From positions 1-64,000 of the IMG/VR virus record IMGVR_UViG_3300033149_003004: a DNA stretch of 64,000 bases; one strand, given 5' to 3'. This stretch comes from a virus. Shown piece after piece: positions 38,403 to 47,967 of the stretch (its first letter is position 1; the number at the start of each line of letters is the position of its first letter). The notes under the pieces were generated by a model. The model saw only the letters and a list, made by a program, of their open reading frames with translations. It searched no databases and was not told where the DNA came from. The translations under genes were made by a program, and so were the position numbers.

Positions 38403-38824
38403 GGTCCGCCGATCTCGATGCTACGGAGAGCAAGGGGGTAATTGAGACCGGTGGACTCTTAGGAGAGCTAAACGTATGGGTGCTGCGAATACTGTGTGAG
38501 AATCCTTGGGAGGGAGGTGGTGGGTATTCACCGCGAGAGGTGGCCGAATGGACACTGGACCAGTGCTGGTTCCGGATGTGTGATCGAAACATCTTGAAAC
38601 TTGCCGGCAGAACGATGGCGGTCGACCCGAAGGCAGTTAAAGCATCCGACTCTGGAGAAATAGCGGGCAGAGCGGCAGACGGAACGCCAATCAAGGGAAG
38701 GATAGCGGGAAAGTCCGTAGCCCGGCAACTTATGGAACGGAAGCGGGAGAGAGAAGCAGCTGAGCAAGCGAAGATTAAGGCAAGGATGAGGCGGAGAAGT
38801 CGACGAAAGAGAAAAGGGTGCTGA
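38390..38824 (+). CDS. Tail assembly chaperone -1 frameshift extension (gpGT-like)
   Basis: G GGA AAT at 38390-38396; -1 frame open to 38824; GYSPREVAEWTLDQ. Confidence 0.75.
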   Translation, partial: GKWVGSADLDATESKGVIETGGLLGELNVWVLRILCENPWEGGGGYSPREVAEWTLDQCWFRMCDRNILKLAGRTMAVDPKAVKASDSGEIAGRAADGTPIKGRIAGKSVARQLMERKREREAAEQAKIKARMRRRSRRKRKGC

Positions 38825-38825
38825 T

Positions 38826-38963
38826 GTGGGCTACATCTATCTGGTTCGCAATTTGGTGGACGGGAAGGGCTGCGTCCTCCTGAACAACTCGGAAAGAGTA
38901 GAGAATAGAGAAGTGGCAAGCATAAGAAGCGTGATAAGCAAGGGCGTTTTCTCCCGAAAGTAA
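38826..38963 (+). pseudogene. Truncated GIY-YIG endonuclease remnant
   Basis: GYIYLVRNLVDGKGCV N-terminus then unrelated sequence. Confidence 0.55.
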
Positions 38964-38989
38964 AAACTGCCACATAGGAGGATACCACG

Positions 38990-40876
38990 GTGGGTCTAGA
39001 GCTCGCAAAAGCGTATGTAACGGCTCGTGGCGACGTGAGCCAGGTGGCTGGCGACTTCCATGCTGGCCGGGGACAAGTCGAGCAGGCAGCCAAATCGCTG
39101 CAACTATCTGTGAATCGCATCCTCGGGATGATCGGGATTGGGGTATCGATCGGCGCAATCATCAGTGAGATGCGACAGGGGATAGTCCTTGCCGAGAGGC
39201 AGATAGATGCCGAAGCACGCATAGCTGCTGTGGTCAAGGGCACTGGGATGGCAGCCGGCTTTACTGCCGATCAGTTGAAAGCCATGGCTAGTCAGATGCA
39301 GAGGATCACGACAGTGGGAGATGAGGAGATTCTGGAGTCGATGGGGATCTTGCTCACGTTCAAAAAAGTACAGAGAGATGTATTCACGTCAGCCATAGAT
39401 ACGATACTCGATATGTCGGCTGTGATGGGCACGAACGCTCGTGGGGCAGCAATGCAGCTCGGACGCGCTTTGGAAGACCCGATTTATGGAATGACGGCCC
39501 TGCGGCGAACTGGAGTCTCGTTTAGCGAGGAGCAGAAGGATCACATCAAGCAGTTGCAGGAAACGAACAGGTTGGCCGAAGCTCAGGCTTTGATCCTAGA
39601 CATAGTCCGCGGCCAGCTCGGAGACGTGGCGGAGGCGATGGCACAAACGGATTCCGGAAAGCTGAAGCAAGCACGAAACGTACTGGGTGATTTGCGGGAG
39701 GAACTTGGAAAGAAAATGATTCCGCTTCAGATGAAGTTTGTCGAAATGCAGCAGAAGTGGATAGGACTCCTGATGAAGGCTATAGAGGTGGTAACAAGTA
39801 TTGGCAGCAGGGTCAGGGAATGGCTATCTACGCCGTTTGGTGTCTACTTGACGAACATGGCCAAAACGGTATTTTTGGGTGGGCTTGTATTAGCAGGGAC
39901 TTGGGCGTTAGTGTGGGCTGCTGGAGCTATGGCCGGAGCTTTCACCGTTGCTTGGACTTCTGCACTCGGTCCCATTGCGTTGCTCATACCTGCCATGGCG
40001 CTTGTCGGAGTAGCTATAGTCGAGCTTTGGGGGAAGGGTGACACGTTTGGGGAGAAGATGAAGGATGTATTTGAGAACAAGATACCAGACGCTATAGATG
40101 CAACGGCATTTGCTGTACGAAACTTCAGCATGATCATGGAACTTGTTGCTGTGCGATGGTCAATCAAACTATTAGAGTTGTTCGGCGGGTTGTACGAAAA
40201 GTTCTGGGAGATAGTTCCTGTGTTCGCCGGAGTCTGTGCTGGAATGAGAGCTGCCTTCGGTGCTGTTATCGACTGGATGGCCAACAAAGTTCTCAGTTTG
40301 AAGAACATCATGGCTGCCGTGGGAGCAGGCATCCAGGCGATGTTCGTTGCGGTCTTGTCTGGAAATCTTCGGGGGGCCGCCGTCGAATTCGGAAAGGCTT
40401 TCGACGCTGCAATGGCCAAAGTAGGTGCTCCTCCCAAAGTGGACATAGCTGCTCGTTTGAGAACAGCTTTCAAGATCACAGAGGATATCGTCAAGGCGAT
40501 GATCGTTGAGTTAGGCATGGATGATGCACAAAAGATGCTCGACATTCTCAGGGCTAGAGAACAAGCTCTGCTTGAAGCGATAGCAAGAATGGAGCTGGAG
40601 AGAAAGAAAAAGAAGGAAGATGAAGACAAAGAGGATAAAAAGAAACCATCGCCGGAGAAAGTAGCAGAAGCAGTAGCAGAAGCCGAGCGGTCGATGGCCG
40701 GACGATACGGATTCCTGGAGTATAGTAGGGCATTGCAGGATATGTTGCTTACGAGAGACGATTCTGCGAAGAAGACAGCCGAGAACACGAAGAAGGCAAA
40801 TGAACAATTAGAAGATGCAAATGCAAAGTTGGCGAAGCTAATCGAAGTTGGTAAGGGACCAAGCGTCTTCGTGTGA
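38990..40876 (+). CDS. Tape measure protein
   Basis: ELAKAYV start, AMQLGRALEDP..GMTALRRTGVSF, hydrophobic mid-region. Confidence 0.9.
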   Translation: MGLELAKAYVTARGDVSQVAGDFHAGRGQVEQAAKSLQLSVNRILGMIGIGVSIGAIISEMRQGIVLAERQIDAEARIAAVVKGTGMAAGFTADQLKAMASQMQRITTVGDEEILESMGILLTFKKVQRDVFTSAIDTILDMSAVMGTNARGAAMQLGRALEDPIYGMTALRRTGVSFSEEQKDHIKQLQETNRLAEAQALILDIVRGQLGDVAEAMAQTDSGKLKQARNVLGDLREELGKKMIPLQMKFVEMQQKWIGLLMKAIEVVTSIGSRVREWLSTPFGVYLTNMAKTVFLGGLVLAGTWALVWAAGAMAGAFTVAWTSALGPIALLIPAMALVGVAIVELWGKGDTFGEKMKDVFENKIPDAIDATAFAVRNFSMIMELVAVRWSIKLLELFGGLYEKFWEIVPVFAGVCAGMRAAFGAVIDWMANKVLSLKNIMAAVGAGIQAMFVAVLSGNLRGAAVEFGKAFDAAMAKVGAPPKVDIAARLRTAFKITEDIVKAMIVELGMDDAQKMLDILRAREQALLEAIARMELERKKKKEDEDKEDKKKPSPEKVAEAVAEAERSMAGRYGFLEYSRALQDMLLTRDDSAKKTAENTKKANEQLEDANAKLAKLIEVGKGPSVFV

Positions 40877-40888
40877 GGAGCGTAATAG

Positions 40889-41851
40889 ATGCAACACTCA
40901 TCGGAGTGGAAATTGACCTCGCCAGGTGGAGTACCTTACAAGTTGATCCGGCAGTCGGGATCATTTGGTTGTGAAGATGCTTCATGGAATATGGAGATCT
41001 GTATACGGTCGCACGATTTGACTGCGTTCATTGCCGAATGTTTCCCCGCTCCGTATGTGTCCGGTTCGTTCGTCATCTATCCAAAGCGATTCTATCCGGC
41101 TGGCTTGCCCTCGCTAGAGTGTAAGACTGTAAATGTCGAGGGGTTCACTTCGGGAAAGCCGATCGATCCGTTCGGCGTCGGCATTAGTCTTTACTCTCCG
41201 GAAGAATATGTTGCAACGTATGAGCCTTATCTACGACTGACTTTAGCATTTGGACCATGTCCGTCTAATGATCAAGAGCAAGATACTTCCAACCCATTCA
41301 CGTGGCTGGAGGTCACCGCTAACGAGAGCGGTGAGTTCCTGACGAGCGATATTGATCAAGAGAAGATTCGCTGGCAGGATGAGGATGGGAACACAGAACT
41401 TCCGAGTGAGGAAGATACTCAGCTCAGTCAGCCGGTCAAGACCGTAGGAACGGAGTGGACTTGTAGATGGCCCCAGATACCATTTGATTTCTTTCAAGAT
41501 ACACTCGTGCCTAGGATGCGTGCGGTTGAGGGACAGGTCAACGACGCTCCAATGGAGTTATTTGCTAATGCTCCAGCCGAGACTATATTGTTCTTGGGTT
41601 TTCAGAATAGCTACGAATACACGTGGCGTGAGGGGCGTTCTGGAACGAGTCCTGTGCAGGCCACGCTGAGGTTCGCCGAAAAGAATTTCATCGGTCGGCA
41701 GATGGTGATCGATCCTGTCTTCAGCTTTTGGCAGGATGTACAGGTGACCCACAACCATATCTGGCGACCAAACCATGGCTGGCAGCGAATGTTGATCGGT
41801 ACTGAGCCTCTGTATAAGAGCGGCAATCTGAACAGCATTTTCACTGGATAA
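40889..41851 (+). CDS. Putative distal tail/hub protein
   Basis: Directly after tape measure; APAETILFLG motif. Confidence 0.55.
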   Translation: MQHSSEWKLTSPGGVPYKLIRQSGSFGCEDASWNMEICIRSHDLTAFIAECFPAPYVSGSFVIYPKRFYPAGLPSLECKTVNVEGFTSGKPIDPFGVGISLYSPEEYVATYEPYLRLTLAFGPCPSNDQEQDTSNPFTWLEVTANESGEFLTSDIDQEKIRWQDEDGNTELPSEEDTQLSQPVKTVGTEWTCRWPQIPFDFFQDTLVPRMRAVEGQVNDAPMELFANAPAETILFLGFQNSYEYTWREGRSGTSPVQATLRFAEKNFIGRQMVIDPVFSFWQDVQVTHNHIWRPNHGWQRMLIGTEPLYKSGNLNSIFTG

Positions 41852-41854
41852 GCG

Positions 41855-43183
41855 ATGGCTGGAGAAAAGTTCCCCGACGTCAAACCGGGACAGCCGATCA
41901 CAGCCGATCGGGCCAACCGCGAAGCTGCTGTTCTTGAGCGTTGGGCCGCGTTTTTGCCAAGCTCCAATCTCAGTGGAGAGCAGAGTAACTCCCGTGTAAA
42001 TATCGTTGGGATGTTTCCCGCGGTGCTGGCCGTGCTCAAGGTTACGGAGGACCTCGGGTCTTCCGTCTATAAGGGAGTGCTACGGCGATATAGTTTCCAA
42101 ACTAATGCTTGGACGGATGGTACGAAAGAGTGGAGGATAGACGCCGGAGCTACTGAGTCGGAGTTGGACGTGTCTCAGCTTGTCGTGTGCTACTATGATC
42201 GCAAGCGAGGGGCGTTCATCCCGGCTAACCCAAACGAGGTGAGGTTTCGGGTCTTCGAGCTGAAGACCAGTCTGCCTTACGGAGGCTTGGCAACTGCCTA
42301 CGTCCGCTACTCGACGGCTCCGGCCATCGACATTACCGACACAACACAGACGATCATTGTATGGGATTACATCGGCGACCGGCGAGGAACTGGACGTGAT
42401 GATAACGAGGATGGTAGCCGTGGGGCAATCGGACTCGCTATGCAACTTCCAGGCGAAACAACTGTGTGGCGAGTAATCGATTTGGAGTGCTACTTCCCTC
42501 CCGTGGAGGCACTGTCCAGTTCGTCTTCTGGAGACGTGTCATCGGTCAGTTCTGCTTCTAGTTTATCGTCTGCGAGTTCTGGGAGTTCGGCAAGCTCGAT
42601 GAGCTCCGGAAGTGAATCATCGTCTGGAAGTTCGGCAAGCTCAGCGAGTTCCGGAAGCGAGTCATCATCATACAGTTCGTATAGTTCTACTCTCAGCCAA
42701 TCGTCGGCTAGTTCGGAATCATCCGAGTTGGCTTGCGAACCGTGCGATGGTTATTGCTGGTGGCATTGCAACAACGGCGTGTGGTCGATCATTAGCGAAG
42801 GATGCCAACAAGACTACGGAAAGCCATGCTACTGTGTACCGCCGGGTATCTACTATCTCAATGATCCGAGAGGAGATTGCACTTATGAGCACTATGAGGT
42901 GACTGGCTGCTGCTACGAGGAGCAGGAGTCGGAATCGTCTGCAAGCTCGGGTAGCTTGTCATCGGCCAGTTCGCAGAGCGAGCAGTCTGAGAGTTCTGCT
43001 TCTAGTCCGTCTTCGCTTAGTTCTGCTTCTAGTCCGTCTTCGCTTAGTTCGCTAAGTCAATCATCCGCGAGTTCTGTTTCTATCTCCAGTCAATCGTCTG
43101 TAAGTTCGGGAGGATCATATGCGAGTTCTGTTTCTATCTCCAGTCAATCGTCTGTAAGTTCGGGAGGATCATATGCAAGCTGA
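41855..43183 (+). CDS. Tail protein with poly-Ser tracts flanking a Cys-rich domain
   Basis: KPGQPITA..N start; two Ser tracts; CEPCDGYCWWHC...CYC...GCC. Confidence 0.65.
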   Translation: MAGEKFPDVKPGQPITADRANREAAVLERWAAFLPSSNLSGEQSNSRVNIVGMFPAVLAVLKVTEDLGSSVYKGVLRRYSFQTNAWTDGTKEWRIDAGATESELDVSQLVVCYYDRKRGAFIPANPNEVRFRVFELKTSLPYGGLATAYVRYSTAPAIDITDTTQTIIVWDYIGDRRGTGRDDNEDGSRGAIGLAMQLPGETTVWRVIDLECYFPPVEALSSSSSGDVSSVSSASSLSSASSGSSASSMSSGSESSSGSSASSASSGSESSSYSSYSSTLSQSSASSESSELACEPCDGYCWWHCNNGVWSIISEGCQQDYGKPCYCVPPGIYYLNDPRGDCTYEHYEVTGCCYEEQESESSASSGSLSSASSQSEQSESSASSPSSLSSASSPSSLSSLSQSSASSVSISSQSSVSSGGSYASSVSISSQSSVSSGGSYAS

Positions 43184-43820
43184 ATCGATAAGTTCTACGG
43201 ATGCCCTGTCTGCGTATGCCGATTTCCCAGTGACGATTCACACAGTCGACTCGATTGCCGATTTCCCAGTGACGATCCACGCGGTCGATCCAATTGTCGA
43301 TTTCGTTTCCTCGTGTATGAGCACAGTCGATCTTCCGTTCGGTTCTGCGAACGGTCTGTACGATTCGATCATTGTTGCAGATCGTCAAGGAATTACATGG
43401 GAGACTAGTCCACACGACGCCCAAGCGGAGAATCCAACGGAGGGTGTTAATCTTCCGAAACTCAAGCCGTTCAGGAGACAAGTCAAGACTGAGAGGCGAA
43501 GAGCAAGACGTTCGGTGTCGGTGCCGTCCTTGCCAGCGGTTCCGCGAGGCAATTGTGGCCAGCAGCTTCCGTCCGTGCCTCGAATGGCGGCAAACATGGC
43601 CAAACATGCGGCGAAGCATGTGTTGACCGGAGCCAAGCAGGCAAGTCCGGAGCTGGTTGAAGCCCGCTTGGCAGCGTGCAAAGTCTGCCGGCATAGGACG
43701 ATGGTAGCTCATTGCGCGAAGTGCGGTTGTGTTATTGAGGCTCTTGCCCGCTGGGAATCGAGCAAATGCAAAGCGAAGAAGTGGCCGGAACCGGAGAGCG
43801 TGACAGCGGGGAGGGAATGA
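43173..43820 (+). CDS. Hypothetical protein with C-terminal Cys-rich Zn-binding domain
   Basis: RLAACKVC...CAKCGC...CKAKKW; GGAGG RBS. Confidence 0.55.
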   Translation: MQAESISSTDALSAYADFPVTIHTVDSIADFPVTIHAVDPIVDFVSSCMSTVDLPFGSANGLYDSIIVADRQGITWETSPHDAQAENPTEGVNLPKLKPFRRQVKTERRRARRSVSVPSLPAVPRGNCGQQLPSVPRMAANMAKHAAKHVLTGAKQASPELVEARLAACKVCRHRTMVAHCAKCGCVIEALARWESSKCKAKKWPEPESVTAGRE

Positions 43821-43823
43821 TCG

Positions 43824-44990
43824 GTGGGAAGCGATTGGTGCTGCCGATGCTTGCCAGTAACTTGTGGTTACTTCGGTGATTCCTTCAATCGCCAGAACAG
43901 TAGTAACCTGGGCGCTGAATGGTCGGAGATCATTGGCAATTGGAGTATATCGGGACAGAACTTGGTTACGAGTGACAGCAATGCTTTGTGCCTGGCATTG
44001 ACGGAGCATCCCGAAGGCTTATTGAACGTACATGTCAGGGTTTACGTGAGATTAGACGAAGCAGTGGTGGGAGACGGTCAAGAGGTTCGGGTAGTAGTCA
44101 ACTATAGGGACTCGCAGAACTATGACTATGTGCAGTACACGTTTTGTCAGTATACCACTTGGCCTAGAGGGGACGTGTTGTGTGGATTAGTGCGAGTGGA
44201 TGTATATTCAGTTGTCTCTGGAGTACACGAGCTCCGAGAAGATTCTTCTGGATTCCTCTATTGGCACCCCGATCCTCCGCATAATCAATGGTATTCTTGC
44301 TATGTCGATGTGAGAAGAGTCAACACTGAAACGCGAATTCTCGCAAGTTGCTCTCCAGGCGGCTACGGATTTTTTCCTGCGATGGTCGAAGCGGTTATTC
44401 CAGAAGCGACCAGTTCGCTGTGTGGAGTTGCCACGGGGAGCATATCGGCTACAGCTATCAGATTCGACAACTTTCAATTGTTCCGTCATCGATTGGACAT
44501 GGAAGGATGCCCATACATATTCCCTCAGTGTGGCCTTTGCTACTCGTGGCCATTTGGACCTGCCGAAGCTCCGGCCAGCTACATCATTGCGTTGAGAGAT
44601 TTCACCGACGATACTTGTTCAGATTGCGAAGGCTTGAACGGCGATTACGTGTTGGGCGATCGTGAAGTTGAGTACAGCGTGGTTGGTGTACCGCAGACGT
44701 GCATTTGGAAATGGGAGGGAAGCGGATCGTGCTGTCTTGAGAGAATTGAACTGAGGCGTAATACTGTCCCACAGACTTTCCTCGGAGTTCCGATTGGTAC
44801 GCTTGTCCTATGGGTGTATTTTAGGCACTCAGATGATCCATACTGGCCGACGGGATACATGGTTTTTTACAATCCAGTTGACGATGACTGTTGGCCGACA
44901 GGGAAGATCGCGTTTCAGAATAATCTTACAAGTCCCACACCGCTCGGGATTTGCATTCCGGGCACCGCTTCGTTCAGTCTCAACGCTTAG
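43824..44990 (+). CDS. Cys-rich putative tail tip/fibre protein (lectin-like beta sandwich)
   Basis: WCCRC start, DSFNR..S.NLG..W, RFDNF. Confidence 0.55.
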   Translation: MGSDWCCRCLPVTCGYFGDSFNRQNSSNLGAEWSEIIGNWSISGQNLVTSDSNALCLALTEHPEGLLNVHVRVYVRLDEAVVGDGQEVRVVVNYRDSQNYDYVQYTFCQYTTWPRGDVLCGLVRVDVYSVVSGVHELREDSSGFLYWHPDPPHNQWYSCYVDVRRVNTETRILASCSPGGYGFFPAMVEAVIPEATSSLCGVATGSISATAIRFDNFQLFRHRLDMEGCPYIFPQCGLCYSWPFGPAEAPASYIIALRDFTDDTCSDCEGLNGDYVLGDREVEYSVVGVPQTCIWKWEGSGSCCLERIELRRNTVPQTFLGVPIGTLVLWVYFRHSDDPYWPTGYMVFYNPVDDDCWPTGKIAFQNNLTSPTPLGICIPGTASFSLNA

Positions 44991-44992
44991 CC

Positions 44993-46033
44993 ATGATCTC
45001 TCTTGATAAATCATCGTGCGTTTACTTTGGCAAAGCCATCGGCTTGACGAAATGCAACCAACCTGCCCATCACTGTGAGTTGTTCGATTGCCATGTCGTT
45101 GAGGGCGTCGGCAACCGAACGGTTCCAGGGTGCAAGACTTGCAATAAGCGATTGCTGCCGAGCGAGGCAAAGTTTGTCATCGATCCATTAGAGGTGATTG
45201 ATCGACGCAGAAAACGGACGGACTGCTTACGGGACATGCTTGCCGGAGCATCAGTATTTTTGGCCTGTTCTGGTCCCTCCGCCAACGATCTGCCGTTGGA
45301 GCAATTGAATCGGAGGGGGATTTGGACGATGGCTGTGAACAACATGGCAGGCCACGATAGATTCCGTCCGCAAGCGTTCGTCTGCTCCGATCCACCGCTG
45401 AAGTTCTCACACTCGATATGGCTTGATCCGGCGATAATGAAATTCGTGCCGACACCGAAGCTCGCCGGTGATCGGGCCAAGTTGAGAAGAAAGACGAAGC
45501 AGAACCAATTCGAGATACTTGACAAGAGGGTTCTCGATTGCCCGAACGTCTGGGCATTTCGACGAGAGGTATGGTTGAAACCGGATGATAGCTTCTTCAC
45601 GTCGCCGGGAGCTTGCTGGGGCAATTTGGCGGTCGGTGTACAGCGAACCGGAGAACCGAAGACTGTGAATACGATGTTCTTGGCGTTGCGGTTGTTACGG
45701 TATCTCGGAGCAAGACGAGTGTTCATGATCGGCGTGGACTTCCGCATGTCTGCCAATTACGGCTATGCTTTCGCTCAAGAGGTCGGCTACAAACAATCGA
45801 GGGATGATCCGTCTTCTGTCAGCGACAACAGGCAGTACGTCGTAGCAAACGATTGGCTATGCCGCATGGAGCAAGGCGGGGTGTTTCGACGGTTCGGAAT
45901 CGAGTTTTTCAATTGCTTTCGAGAATCGAGTTTGCGGGCGTTTCCGTACGTACCTTTTTCGGTGGCTTTGCGTGAATGCAAGGGAATCGTCGAAGACGTG
46001 CCGGACTTGTCAGGCTGGTACGAGAAGAAATAG
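44993..46033 (+). CDS. Maf/DUF115-like glycosyltransferase with Cys-rich N-terminus
   Basis: FLACSGPS, MAVNN, LRYLGARRVFMIGVDF, FNC...S.L.AFP. Confidence 0.65.
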   Translation: MISLDKSSCVYFGKAIGLTKCNQPAHHCELFDCHVVEGVGNRTVPGCKTCNKRLLPSEAKFVIDPLEVIDRRRKRTDCLRDMLAGASVFLACSGPSANDLPLEQLNRRGIWTMAVNNMAGHDRFRPQAFVCSDPPLKFSHSIWLDPAIMKFVPTPKLAGDRAKLRRKTKQNQFEILDKRVLDCPNVWAFRREVWLKPDDSFFTSPGACWGNLAVGVQRTGEPKTVNTMFLALRLLRYLGARRVFMIGVDFRMSANYGYAFAQEVGYKQSRDDPSSVSDNRQYVVANDWLCRMEQGGVFRRFGIEFFNCFRESSLRAFPYVPFSVALRECKGIVEDVPDLSGWYEKK

Positions 46034-46067
46034 AAACATTCCGATAATCCGATAATAGGGGTATAGT

Positions 46068-46592
46068 ATGGAGGAAAGATCAATGAAGAAGTTGAAGATA
46101 ATGCCGTTCAGCGGAGAAGAGGACCTGTCTCGAATCATGGAGATAGAGCACGCCAGCTTCGACGAACCATGGACGGACGAGTTGTATTTTCGCGTGTTGT
46201 GCCGCAGGAATGTGTCGTGCATGGTGTTGAGGATCAGCGCTTTCTTTCACGCCAAGCAGATCGTCGGGTATATCGTGTTCCGCACTGGGCTGAAGAAGCT
46301 GGAGATTTGGAATCTAGCCGTTCACCCCGATCATAGAAGGAGAGGATACGGAACGCTACTGATTTTGTATTTGAAGAGGCGAGCCGAGCGGGGAGTAAGA
46401 AAGCCTATCGAACTGGAGATTAGTGAGCGAAATCTGCTGGGCCAGCTATTCTTTCGCTCCAATGGATTTCAAGCTACAAGCGTCTTGCGAGGACACTACT
46501 CTGAGGAGCACGATGCTTACAAGATGATATGGACTCCATCATCGTCCGTGCGAAATCGGTTGCTGAAACATTGCCATGCTTCTGACTTTTAG
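46068..46592 (+). CDS. RimI-like GNAT acetyltransferase
   Basis: IEHASFDEPW, NLAVHPDHRRRGYG, N..Q.FF..NGF. Confidence 0.85.
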   Translation: MEERSMKKLKIMPFSGEEDLSRIMEIEHASFDEPWTDELYFRVLCRRNVSCMVLRISAFFHAKQIVGYIVFRTGLKKLEIWNLAVHPDHRRRGYGTLLILYLKRRAERGVRKPIELEISERNLLGQLFFRSNGFQATSVLRGHYSEEHDAYKMIWTPSSSVRNRLLKHCHASDF

Positions 46593-46611
46593 CGACTCGT
46601 TAGTAGAACCC

Positions 46612-46659
46612 CAGAATCTCACCAGAAGTCAAAAGTCTTGGCTGCTGTCAACAGACTTT
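46612..46659 (+). repeat. Solitary copy of the 49-bp repeat
   Basis: CAGAATCTCACCAGAAGTCAAAAGTCTTGGCTGCTGTCAACAGACTTT. Confidence 0.85.
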
Positions 46660-46677
46660 GCAGTAAAGGAGTTTCTT

Positions 46678-47130
46678 ATGGAGCAGATTCCTGAAAATCT
46701 TGCCAATGCGTCTTGGGAAGTCAAAGCTTGGGGTATGGTCCGTCACTTGTTCAGATCCGATCAAGCGGCGGTGAGTTATCTGTGTGTAAATAGGGGAACG
46801 TGTTGTTCCAGACATCTCCATCAGCATCGTGCTAACCAATTCGTAATTCTCTCCGGCAAGATAGTTGTGGAAGAATGGCTACCGGAGCAAAATCCGGTGA
46901 CGGAGCAACCCAAGCAACGGGTACTGCTCACGCCCGGCTCCATCCATGTAGTAAGTAGTCTTGTGCCGCACAGGTTCCGCGTAGCAGAAAGCGGTCAAGT
47001 AATCGAGGTCTATTGGCCAGACCGGGGTGGGAAGGTAGAGTTTAGCGACATCACAAGATTTGATGTGGGTGGCCCGGATATTCAAATCTGTGACATCGCT
47101 AGCCTCGATGGGTTGAAGCATTTGTCATGA
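46678..47130 (+). CDS. Cupin-fold sugar isomerase-like protein
   Basis: KAWG, CSRHLH..RANQF..LSG, PHRF..IEV. Confidence 0.7.
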   Translation: MEQIPENLANASWEVKAWGMVRHLFRSDQAAVSYLCVNRGTCCSRHLHQHRANQFVILSGKIVVEEWLPEQNPVTEQPKQRVLLTPGSIHVVSSLVPHRFRVAESGQVIEVYWPDRGGKVEFSDITRFDVGGPDIQICDIASLDGLKHLS

Positions 47131-47936
47131 GTGTTCCAAACTACACATTGATCGCCGGTGTGGACAAATACCATCTCCGGCAACTTGCTTTGACGTGGCC
47201 GACCTGGAAGAAGCACAAGCCAAGTACGATTCTTGCTAATCCGATGATCGTATTCTACGATTGGCAACAGGTGACTGAATCCGATATCCTCGCAGTAGTG
47301 GATCATCCCGATTTACGAACGATTGAGTGGCCACTTTCGGGATTCGATTGGCATAGAGAAAACAAGAGGGAAGACAAGTTCAGTGACCCACATCGGGCGA
47401 TGATGCTGAGCGGATTCGTTTACGTTCCCGCTCTGTTCGCCAACACTCCGTATTGGCTCAAGTTGGACACCGACGTTGTAGCGACTGGAATGGACGATTG
47501 GATTGATCCCACATGGTTCGCTGACCAGCCGGCAATCATATCTCATCGTTGGACATTTACCAGACCACCCGACCAGATGTTACAGATGGATAAGTGGGTG
47601 GAAGATAACAAGGAGAGGATGCCCGAAATCGCTCGACATCCTCCGCTGAACTTGATACCGACTCCGGGTTGGGATCGGGTGAAGCACAATCGCATCATAT
47701 CATGGTGTGGATTCTTCGACTCGATGTGGACATTCAAGATGGCTCGGTTAACAGAAACGGGCGAGAGAAAGTTCAAGTTGCCGATACCGTCGCAAGACGG
47801 ATTCCTATTTTATCTCGCCAAGAGAGGAGGACAGAAGATAGTTCGGGTGAATATGAAATCACGGGGATGGCAGCATTGGTCAACGTGGACCAATGTAAAA
47901 AAGCACGCAGGAAAAGCAATGGAGCTAGCGAACTGA
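47127..47936 (+). CDS. GT-A fold glycosyltransferase
   Basis: WLKLDTDVV DxD motif; cluster context. Confidence 0.6.
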   Translation: MSVPNYTLIAGVDKYHLRQLALTWPTWKKHKPSTILANPMIVFYDWQQVTESDILAVVDHPDLRTIEWPLSGFDWHRENKREDKFSDPHRAMMLSGFVYVPALFANTPYWLKLDTDVVATGMDDWIDPTWFADQPAIISHRWTFTRPPDQMLQMDKWVEDNKERMPEIARHPPLNLIPTPGWDRVKHNRIISWCGFFDSMWTFKMARLTETGERKFKLPIPSQDGFLFYLAKRGGQKIVRVNMKSRGWQHWSTWTNVKKHAGKAMELAN

Positions 47937-47967
47937 AGATCGGCCAGAATCTACCGAGTGAGAAGTA

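Noticed and set aside
30535-44009. Long minus-strand ORFs (30535-31320, 38374-39243, 39844-40788, 43134-44009)
   Set aside because: Antisense shadows of coiled-coil or structural genes with no motifs, unlike the intein-nested ORF.
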